Positions 37,566 through 45,217 of a DNA stretch of 55,186 nucleotides are shown in pieces. The notes beneath the pieces were generated by a model. That model searched no databases. It had not been told where the DNA came from and worked only from the letters and a program-made list of their open reading frames with translations. A program made the translations under genes and the position numbers. The stretch lies in IMG/VR virus record IMGVR_UViG_3300030099_006009, positions 1 through 55,186 of that record. One strand, given 5' to 3'. The first letter of the stretch is position 1; each line of letters starts with the position of its first letter. Source of the stretch: a virus (lineage: Duplodnaviria > Caudoviricetes).

Positions 37566-38410
37566 TTACAATGCTCCGTATCATAAAATTCACAAAACTT
37601 ACATACCTTACCTGGCTTCGCAGCGTAAGTTCTTTCTAATAGATATTTACCCTTATCATCAAACACACCTTTTCTAAACTCATCAAACTTAGTCATAACC
37701 TTATTAATACTTGGAACTCCGTTTGCCGGTTCAAACTTCTGGAGTCTTGTGATTAGAAAATCAGAATTCTTAGCTATCTTTCTTTTTAGAATCAAAAACA
37801 TTACATCTATCTTATCTAACGGAACATCAAATAGTTCTGAGTAATATTTCTTGTAAAGCAATAACTGAGACTTCTTATTGAAATCCTTCTTCTGATAATC
37901 TGTCCAACCACGAGTAGCAGTTTTTAGGTCAACGATAACCACCTTACCTGATATCTTGTTTCGTAAAACAACATCCAGGAAACCCATCATTTCCACACCC
38001 TCTTGGACATCTTTTAGGATTGGAACTTCTATACCAACTAACTCCCAATTCTGTTTCATAAAGTATTTATTACGATACTTTCTGAAATGTTCTAAGATAG
38101 CAAGACCATCTTGATAGAACTCCATCATTTCGTCTTGACTACAAGGTAACACATTTTGACTTTCTTTTATCTTAGTAAACTCGGCAACCATCTCTTCTTT
38201 TAACCGAGACTCCATATTAATCTTCTCAGCAGCAACAATAGATTTATTGTACATTACCGATAGATACTCTTGTATTACGGTGTGCATTGCTGAACCAAAG
38301 AGAGTATGTATGTTACCTACGAAAGTTCCTAACTTATCTATATAACGAAGTTTCCATTTAAGGTTACAATCGTTATAAGTGGTAAACTGACTATGTGATA
38401 TATGTGCCAT
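37547..38410 (-). CDS. PD-(D/E)XK nuclease (RecB/Cas4-like)
   Basis: SHSQ..C, FGSAMH, GFLD, VDLKT, QLLLY, CKFCEF...C. Confidence 0.88.
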   Translation of the reverse strand: MAHISHSQFTTYNDCNLKWKLRYIDKLGTFVGNIHTLFGSAMHTVIQEYLSVMYNKSIVAAEKINMESRLKEEMVAEFTKIKESQNVLPCSQDEMMEFYQDGLAILEHFRKYRNKYFMKQNWELVGIEVPILKDVQEGVEMMGFLDVVLRNKISGKVVIVDLKTATRGWTDYQKKDFNKKSQLLLYKKYYSELFDVPLDKIDVMFLILKRKIAKNSDFLITRLQKFEPANGVPSINKVMTKFDEFRKGVFDDKGKYLLERTYAAKPGKVCKFCEFYDTEHCKWGKIL

Positions 38411-39003
38411 TAAATAATTTCATCAATCATTCCATATTCTAAACAAGTTTTAGCATCCCACATCAAATCGTGTTTTAGTATTTCGTTGAGTTTCTTCATT
38501 GGTATCTTTGTGTATTCTTTATAGATGTTCTTAATATTCTTCATCATCAAATCCAAGTTTTGCTTCTCATCCTCGAAGTTTGAGTATGTGCCCCAAAATG
38601 TAGTAGATAATTGATGAACCAACATATAAGAATTCCTACTCATATATCTTTTCTTACCAACTACCGTTAAGAATGTCGCGGCACTAGCAGAAAAACCATC
38701 AACATATGTCTCAACAGGAACTTTACATCTCAATATAGTATCCATAGAAGCAATACCACTAACTATAGTTCCACCACCTGAATTAATAAATATTTTTACT
38801 GACGGTGGTAATATACCAAGAGTTTTTGATAATGTCAAGCTTTTACTTTCTAATTCACCAATCTTTTTATTTAACTCTACACAAGAATTCCTATTTACGC
38901 CGGAGTAAAAATATATTTTATTATCTTGTACTGATATGTGTTTTTCACCAGTAGAAGTATCAGCTTTTCTTGGTTTTTGTTTCTCTCCCCAATGTCTTTC
39001 CAT
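38410..39003 (-). CDS. ClpP-like serine protease
   Basis: INSGGG, ASAAT (catalytic Ser), MLVHQ (His), YGMIDEI. Confidence 0.88.
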   Translation of the reverse strand: MERHWGEKQKPRKADTSTGEKHISVQDNKIYFYSGVNRNSCVELNKKIGELESKSLTLSKTLGILPPSVKIFINSGGGTIVSGIASMDTILRCKVPVETYVDGFSASAATFLTVVGKKRYMSRNSYMLVHQLSTTFWGTYSNFEDEKQNLDLMMKNIKNIYKEYTKIPMKKLNEILKHDLMWDAKTCLEYGMIDEII

Positions 39004-39383
39004 TATTTACCCCATTTTCCATTTTTAACGATTGTTGCCATAATACCATAGTTAGATACATCCAAATAAGCATCTTCCATAGGTTCACCTTGTACTGCAT
39101 TATCTCTACCACTCATTAGTAAAGTCTTAAGTCTTTGTATCTTGTCATTCATTCTAAACCAAAGACCTGTAAGTGATAGGTGTATTTCCTCTTCAGTTTG
39201 TAACATAGTACCAACTGAAATATTACCAGGACCATAGTCGTGTTGTTTCTTTAAGAACAACTCGTATTGTTGTCTTTGTAATCTTTTGAACTCTTTTGTC
39301 ATAACTGGCCATTCCTTTTCCATTTGTTCTACAACTGGATGAATGTCCTCTACAACTTCTAGTTCTCTTTCTTTTATATTCAT
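39003..39383 (-). CDS. DUF1599 (nucleotide-modification-associated, MazG-like) protein
   Basis: KQHDYG, RMNDKIQRL, EDAYLDVSNY. Confidence 0.75.
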   Translation of the reverse strand: MNIKERELEVVEDIHPVVEQMEKEWPVMTKEFKRLQRQQYELFLKKQHDYGPGNISVGTMLQTEEEIHLSLTGLWFRMNDKIQRLKTLLMSGRDNAVQGEPMEDAYLDVSNYGIMATIVKNGKWGK

Positions 39384-39384
39384 G

Positions 39385-39735
39385 TTATACCTTTATTACA
39401 TTTGTTAATTGTATTAAAATAATTGATATCGCTAATAATATACTTATTAATGTTTTAAGTGTAGGAATTTCACCAATTAGTAACCAAGCTAGTAGACCAA
39501 ACACAATCGTACTAATACCAAATCCAGCCAATCTCATGTTCCAAAAAGCACCAAAGTATTCATAAGACCATTTGGTGCTCCAAAAGAATAGTGGTGCTAT
39601 AACAAGACTTGTAGCGTACATCCACCAGATAGATTGTAACCATTGTTTATTCCACACAACCCATCCTTGTAACTGAAAAAATGCGAATAATGAACCAATC
39701 AATTGAGCAATAATTGCCATCCATAACTTACTCAT
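39385..39735 (-). CDS. 4-TM membrane protein (SMR/EamA-like)
   Basis: Four hydrophobic segments; GE.PTLK..I motif. Confidence 0.6.
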   Translation of the reverse strand: MSKLWMAIIAQLIGSLFAFFQLQGWVVWNKQWLQSIWWMYATSLVIAPLFFWSTKWSYEYFGAFWNMRLAGFGISTIVFGLLAWLLIGEIPTLKTLISILLAISIILIQLTNVIKV

Positions 39736-40151
39736 TTAACACCCATCTTTTTTATTTCCTTTTCTGTTTTACCATACTTGGTTAGTAAAGACTTTAACTC
39801 GTCTTTGTTCATCAGTCGATAGTATTCACCGGCTTGTATCTTGCTGACCTCAAAGTATTCTTGAATAAAAGGAACAACCTTTTCATTGACCTTTGTTTTT
39901 TTACCACTAAGGTATCTTAGATATGTTTTCTTGTTTGGAAGTAAAGAACAATAAAACTTGTAGACAGCCGAATGTGGCATCACCTCGATTGTTAACTTCT
40001 GAAAGTGATTAACAATAGGTAAGAAATCATCACTCATACTTAAATAACGATTAACCATGAACGGACTAAACTTCTTTTGCTCTTCTTCCGAAAAACTATC
40101 CCAAGGTCTTTTTTTGGTAAATAGTTCATCTATCCACTTAAATAAGTTCAT
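39732..40151 (-). CDS. Clamp loader small subunit (T4 gp62-like)
   Basis: FSPFMVNRYLS; synteny with the gp44/gp45 homologs. Confidence 0.8.
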   Translation of the reverse strand: MNLFKWIDELFTKKRPWDSFSEEEQKKFSPFMVNRYLSMSDDFLPIVNHFQKLTIEVMPHSAVYKFYCSLLPNKKTYLRYLSGKKTKVNEKVVPFIQEYFEVSKIQAGEYYRLMNKDELKSLLTKYGKTEKEIKKMGVK

Positions 40152-40377
40152 CTAATTCCTGTAGTGGTAACATCTCCCCACAATTTCCACAATTAAAAAC
40201 TTGGATTGGAGCGATAACTTCTTTACCAGTAGGTGAAACAATAGCAGATATTTTCTTTATAACATAACCTTGTATAAAGATACTATTCCCACACGATTGA
40301 CACTTCATAGTATCAGCATCCTTCAAATCAACTTGAACTTGTTGTTGTGGTAATGGTTTTTTTGGTTTCATATTCAT
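40138..40377 (-). CDS. Zn-ribbon hypothetical protein
   Basis: CQSCG...SPTG...CGNCG. Confidence 0.7.
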   Translation of the reverse strand: MNMKPKKPLPQQQVQVDLKDADTMKCQSCGNSIFIQGYVIKKISAIVSPTGKEVIAPIQVFNCGNCGEMLPLQELDELI

Positions 40378-41285
40378 TGTAGTCTCCTAAGTATGTTAGA
40401 GATGGTAGCCATAAAATTTATTTCTTTATCTACGACCAATACATCTTGATAAGAACCATTTGATATATCAACGATAATCTCTGGTAGTTTCTCTACAGAA
40501 ATATTCTCTACCTCATCATATAGGAAACGATACAGCTCTGTGTAATCTGTAAAGTTACTATCGGCCACAAACTTACGAATAGTTCTTAAATCAACACCTT
40601 GTTTTATCATATCTAAGAACTGAAGTTTGAACTCGTTATGTAACATTCCATCTTTGTCTATCTTTAACTGACCATCAATCGCCTGTCTCTGTAAATCATT
40701 GATGACTTTTCTTAAGTCAGGATATCCTGCAGTTACCACGAGTGCCAAATCGTCTAAATCAAAAGAGATATTCTCTTCTTCCAAGATATACTTGGCGTGA
40801 ACAGCAACATCTTTCTTTGATGGTGGGATAATCTTATAGGTCTGACATCTACTTTGTATCGGGTCAATAATTTTCTCAACATAGTTACAAGTCAAGATGA
40901 ATCGACAATGTTGTGAGAATGTCTCCATAAGATTACGAAGAGCCGGTTGAGCTGAGTTAACATTAAGATAATCAGCCTCATCCAAGATTACAATTTTGTT
41001 TGGTTTAAAACCAACAGAAGAAGCAAAGTTCTTAAGTTTATCTCTTACCAAGTCTATGTTTCGTTCATCCGAAGCATTAATATAGAGATAGTCACATTCA
41101 ATAGCATTTACGATAATCTTGGCAAGGGTTGTTTTACCCCCACCGGCTCTACCATACAATAATAGGTGTGGAACGTTTTGTTCCTCTATGAACCTCTCGA
41201 CTTTTGTCTTGAGAGTTTCATTACCAACATATGTATCTAATGTCGATGGACGATATCGTTCCACCCATAATCCATGTGAACTCAT
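40374..41285 (-). CDS. Clamp loader AAA+ subunit (T4 gp44/RFC-like)
   Basis: WVERYRP, GGGKTT, NASD, LDEAD, QSRC, DLR. Confidence 0.95.
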   Translation of the reverse strand: MSSHGLWVERYRPSTLDTYVGNETLKTKVERFIEEQNVPHLLLYGRAGGGKTTLAKIIVNAIECDYLYINASDERNIDLVRDKLKNFASSVGFKPNKIVILDEADYLNVNSAQPALRNLMETFSQHCRFILTCNYVEKIIDPIQSRCQTYKIIPPSKKDVAVHAKYILEEENISFDLDDLALVVTAGYPDLRKVINDLQRQAIDGQLKIDKDGMLHNEFKLQFLDMIKQGVDLRTIRKFVADSNFTDYTELYRFLYDEVENISVEKLPEIIVDISNGSYQDVLVVDKEINFMATISNILRRLQ

Positions 41286-41286
41286 A

Positions 41287-42009
41287 CTATACCTGTTGTG
41301 ATACTAAGTAATATTTAACAGAAAAGTCATCTATCTTAAACTCAATATGAGCAAGACCACCTGAACTTACTTGAAGAACTGCCTTAGAACATTCTTTGTT
41401 CGCATTTAGAACTTCCTTAAATAAGTTGGCGTTGAAGACGATTGGTTCAGTTAGTTTTACAGCACCACTCTGAACTTTGATACTAATACGATTTGAGTTG
41501 ATGTCACTAAAACCAATGACGAACTCTACACCACCATCTGTTGGTTGTATAGAAAAATGTTCTACATCGGATAAAGCACCTTTACCACGAATAAAAGAAT
41601 TGATGAACTGAGAATCGATATTGATAAGAGTATCAAACTCAGGTATGTTCTTTAGTTCTGGCACATCAGGAATTACACCAAGAGCAGCAAGAACATAACT
41701 TACAGATATTTTACCATCTGAAAATCCAAATGCTACAGGTTGTGATTCATCTGCTGGTGACTTAATTACATTGAAATCAATCTTATCAGCAAGAGTTCCT
41801 AACATTTTAGAAAGAAGTGGTGTGTCATAAACACCTACCTCAAAGTTTGGAAGTGATTGTTTACTAAGTGATAATTCACCCAAAAGACTTTTGTCTGGTG
41901 ATATAAAACGAGTAGAAAGTGTATCGCCATTTGACTCCCACTTTACTGAATTTATACTACCACCAAGATTGTATTTTTGGATAAATGTATCTAATGTGAT
42001 TTTATTCAT
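41287..42009 (-). CDS. Sliding clamp (T4 gp45/PCNA-like)
   Basis: 240 aa between PolB and the clamp loader; C-terminal GLAHIEF...YYLV. Confidence 0.75.
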   Translation of the reverse strand: MNKITLDTFIQKYNLGGSINSVKWESNGDTLSTRFISPDKSLLGELSLSKQSLPNFEVGVYDTPLLSKMLGTLADKIDFNVIKSPADESQPVAFGFSDGKISVSYVLAALGVIPDVPELKNIPEFDTLINIDSQFINSFIRGKGALSDVEHFSIQPTDGGVEFVIGFSDINSNRISIKVQSGAVKLTEPIVFNANLFKEVLNANKECSKAVLQVSSGGLAHIEFKIDDFSVKYYLVSQQV

Positions 42010-42036
42010 TATTGTTATTCTCCATATTAATATATT

Positions 42037-42065
42037 AATTTACTAACTATTTGACTAAAAGTCAA
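42037..42065 (-). promoter_or_regulatory. Sigma70-like promoter TTGACT-N17-TAAATT whose -35 is half of palindrome TTGACT-N3-AGTCAA
   Basis: Intergenic between polB and the clamp gene. Confidence 0.55.
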
Positions 42066-42066
42066 G

Positions 42067-44592
42067 TTAAAAAAACTTTTCAATTGTATTTTTCTTTTCT
42101 ACTGGCATATCCCAAGACATAGCATCATAAAACATCTTAATCTTTTTACTAAGGGCTTTATCAAATAATTTATCTCGGTCAATATATTGATTGATAAAAT
42201 CTATGATTTGTTTAGGATCGTCATAACCTTTGTAAGCCAAACCATCAATATTATAAGGATTTTGTTTTAGATAAACCCAACGAACCTTGTTACCATTTGA
42301 AATAGGTTCGTGGTTAGTAACCTTGAAATGTCTAAGTAAGTCATTGTAAATAACAGAAGCTTTGGTGTGAACTGGTGCTCCTTTCTTCATTGATGTAAAC
42401 ATTGTCTTACTCTGAAATCCATTTTTTGATTTATCAATGTATTTATTCATACCTTTAACACCTGTTGGAAGAGCAATCTTATCTAACTCCTCATCCTTTA
42501 GATTATTTTTAAAATTTAGAATAAACTCATCAATCTTTTCTTTTGGAACTTTGGCAAGGATAGCTTTTAGAACCTTAGTCATGAAGTCACGAAATGCTGG
42601 TGGAAATGAACTACGAACAATATCTAAACCTTTAACATCAAGTTTCTCTACTTCCAAACCACCATCGTTGATAATCCATTGACCATATCTTTTCTTGGTA
42701 ACCCAAAAAGCAGATTTAGCAATCATCTCTTGTTTAATCTCAAAACGATGGTCGCCTCTGATATTTAAAAACTTACTACTGAAGTAATTGTAAGATTTAT
42801 TAATATAGTCTTGAACCTCACCAGCAATCTTAAGGATTTGTTCTGTCATAAACTTATCATCTTCGACATCAGCATTCGGAAACCTATTCTTAACAAGTGG
42901 TAGAGCAGAGTAGAAAACTGAGTCTGTATCTGTGTAAATACAATAATCTTCCTTCGTGTTTAGTATCTTATTATAGTAACTATTAGCAATCGTTTCTGTA
43001 AATTGAATCAATTTCTGACCTGTTGTTGTCGTACCTTCAGCGTTGTCAATATCATAAAACCTAAATACTGTCAATCCTAAAACTCCGTACAAACTATTTA
43101 GAAGAATTTTCTGTACCAATTGTCGTCTGTCAAAATAACCGTGTAGTTCGTCATTCCCTTCTTCACCATACTTCTTTGCCAGTTTTCTATACTCTACTCT
43201 TTCGTTAAACCACTTCTCAAGTATTGCTGGTATAACACCCTTTTGTTTGAGGTCATACAAAACACCATTTGATGAAATGGATACTTCATTCTTGTTAAAG
43301 AAATCTTTAAGTTGTCCACTTGTAAAGGTTCTGATTGTCTTACCACCCTTATCTACAGAATAGTGTTTCTCTTCACCTTTAATAAATTCTTCCGCATCCC
43401 AACCATTTATCTTACCTATTTTAGTTTCTGGCGACATATTCAAAGACATAATGATACTTGGATACATAGATGTTAAGTCTAAATCAAATACCCAATCATA
43501 ACGACCTGGTATTGGTGATTTAACATACGCACCACTAAATCTACCCTCCGAACCGTCATATGTCACATTAGCTCCTTTACTCGGAGCAACTAAACCTAAA
43601 CTACGAAGATATACTAACATAGCACCCTCAATGTATCGAGAACTAAAGTAAACCTCTTCGTAAGGTATCCTACCCAAGTGAGATACAGCTCTAGCTAAAT
43701 CCAAAAATTTAAACTTTTGGTCAAGTGCCTTAACTATCTCAACATCGTTTAGGTTGTATTCAATAAACTTATCAATGTCATCTCTGTATAAATCATCTAA
43801 TGTACCTTCATACTCGACCTTACCTAACCCTACCTCTATTGTTCCGATATGGTCTAAACGATAACTTGATTGTTGTGTATATGTAAATTTTCTGTATAAA
43901 TCCATATAATCTAAAGAACTAACACCAGCAATTCTATACATCTTTTTGTTTGGATTATATTTAACGATTTGTATTGGTGATAGAGCATTAGCAAACTCCT
44001 CACCTAAAACTTTTGAAAGACGATTATATAAATAAGGAATATCAAAGCCATTAGTGTTCCAACCAGTAACACAAGTCGGTTGAACCTTTATCCAATATCT
44101 TAAAAACTCTTTGAGTAACTCTGACTCTGTAGAATAAAAACGAATGTCTACTTCGTCTTTGATATTGTTTTGTCCCTCTCCTAAAACATAAACACGATAC
44201 TTTCCATCGTGTTTGGTATACATAGCAACCGAGGTAACTTTGTTTTGTGCTTTAGATGGTTCAGGAAAACCATCGGTAACTTCTACCTCGATATCAAAAA
44301 ATAATTCTCTGTGGTTTTTAGATGGTTCATCAGAGTCTTCGTACCTATCCAAAAGGATACGAGTTTCTAATGGAACATCAGACTCGAACACACGACCAGT
44401 CTTAAAATCTTCCTCTGTCCAATATGTGACTTTCTTAAGTTTGTCTCCATAGATAGAGCGATATGTGCCACTTCCATCTCGAACATAGGCGTAATTCTTA
44501 AATATAAAATTTTGATAACCAGCTACATCATCCCAAAGATGAACTTCTACTTGATTACCACCTCTTTTTTCACACCAAATATTTTGATACAT
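42067..44592 (-). CDS. Family B DNA polymerase (T4 gp43-like)
   Basis: DIE, FDIPY, YNLND, DLTSMYPS, KILLNSLYG, YTDTDS, KKRY. Confidence 0.97.
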   Translation of the reverse strand: MYQNIWCEKRGGNQVEVHLWDDVAGYQNFIFKNYAYVRDGSGTYRSIYGDKLKKVTYWTEEDFKTGRVFESDVPLETRILLDRYEDSDEPSKNHRELFFDIEVEVTDGFPEPSKAQNKVTSVAMYTKHDGKYRVYVLGEGQNNIKDEVDIRFYSTESELLKEFLRYWIKVQPTCVTGWNTNGFDIPYLYNRLSKVLGEEFANALSPIQIVKYNPNKKMYRIAGVSSLDYMDLYRKFTYTQQSSYRLDHIGTIEVGLGKVEYEGTLDDLYRDDIDKFIEYNLNDVEIVKALDQKFKFLDLARAVSHLGRIPYEEVYFSSRYIEGAMLVYLRSLGLVAPSKGANVTYDGSEGRFSGAYVKSPIPGRYDWVFDLDLTSMYPSIIMSLNMSPETKIGKINGWDAEEFIKGEEKHYSVDKGGKTIRTFTSGQLKDFFNKNEVSISSNGVLYDLKQKGVIPAILEKWFNERVEYRKLAKKYGEEGNDELHGYFDRRQLVQKILLNSLYGVLGLTVFRFYDIDNAEGTTTTGQKLIQFTETIANSYYNKILNTKEDYCIYTDTDSVFYSALPLVKNRFPNADVEDDKFMTEQILKIAGEVQDYINKSYNYFSSKFLNIRGDHRFEIKQEMIAKSAFWVTKKRYGQWIINDGGLEVEKLDVKGLDIVRSSFPPAFRDFMTKVLKAILAKVPKEKIDEFILNFKNNLKDEELDKIALPTGVKGMNKYIDKSKNGFQSKTMFTSMKKGAPVHTKASVIYNDLLRHFKVTNHEPISNGNKVRWVYLKQNPYNIDGLAYKGYDDPKQIIDFINQYIDRDKLFDKALSKKIKMFYDAMSWDMPVEKKNTIEKFF

Positions 44593-44624
44593 TTAGATTA
44601 TAAAATCCCCATTTTCGATATGTA

Positions 44625-44654
44625 AATATAATAATAAAACCATATATAAGTCAA
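44625..44654 (-). promoter_or_regulatory. Sigma70-like promoter TTGACT-N18-TATATT
   Basis: Upstream of polB; shares CTTGACTTATATA with the copy at 2505-2534. Confidence 0.7.
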
Positions 44655-44661
44655 GTGTTTT

Positions 44662-45162
44662 TTAATCCATTAAAAAAATTTCTTGTGAATCTATCAATGT
44701 GTTTTGTATACTCCAATACAATCTCATTTCACTACCAGAGCCTTTATTTTGCATAACCTGTGTTGGACTTAATAAGTTATAAAAATATCCTAGACTGTCA
44801 ACTATAGAATATCTATTAGTAGTCCATCTCAAAGTGTCTACATTTACATTCATTGTATCTCTATTACCAAAGTTATCATACCATATTGCTTTAGTTCTAC
44901 TATTAGACAATAATCTGTAATGTCCACTTGAGTCATCTTCATCCCAATACATATTACTCCACCAATGCACCACTAATCTTTCTAAAGGTATGCTATCTTC
45001 GGAATGTAAATGTCCCCATATTGGTGTTGACGTAATCCATGTGTTATCTAATATTTCTATTCTAGGAACTCTTAGCATTGTAACTATGATATTTGATTTA
45101 TTTTGCTCTTCAATCCTATCATCACATCCGAATAATAATAATAAAAATAATAACTTTTTCAT
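44662..45162 (-). CDS. Putative lipoprotein
   Basis: MKKLLFLLLLFG-C lipoprotein signal. Confidence 0.72.
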   Translation of the reverse strand: MKKLLFLLLLFGCDDRIEEQNKSNIIVTMLRVPRIEILDNTWITSTPIWGHLHSEDSIPLERLVVHWWSNMYWDEDDSSGHYRLLSNSRTKAIWYDNFGNRDTMNVNVDTLRWTTNRYSIVDSLGYFYNLLSPTQVMQNKGSGSEMRLYWSIQNTLIDSQEIFLMD

Positions 45163-45177
45163 TTAAATACCTTTGAT

Positions 45178-45205
45178 AAAAAGGGGGATATATTTCAATC
45201 CCCCT
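45178..45205 (-). terminator. Rho-independent terminator after the TonB receptor
   Basis: GGGGGAT-loop-ATCCCCC followed by TTTTT on the minus strand. Confidence 0.85.
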
Positions 45206-45217
45206 AAATTTATCGTT

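Noticed and set aside
37547-38410. Cas4 as evidence of a CRISPR-Cas system
   Set aside because: Solo PD-(D/E)XK nucleases are common in phages, and there are no other cas genes or array.
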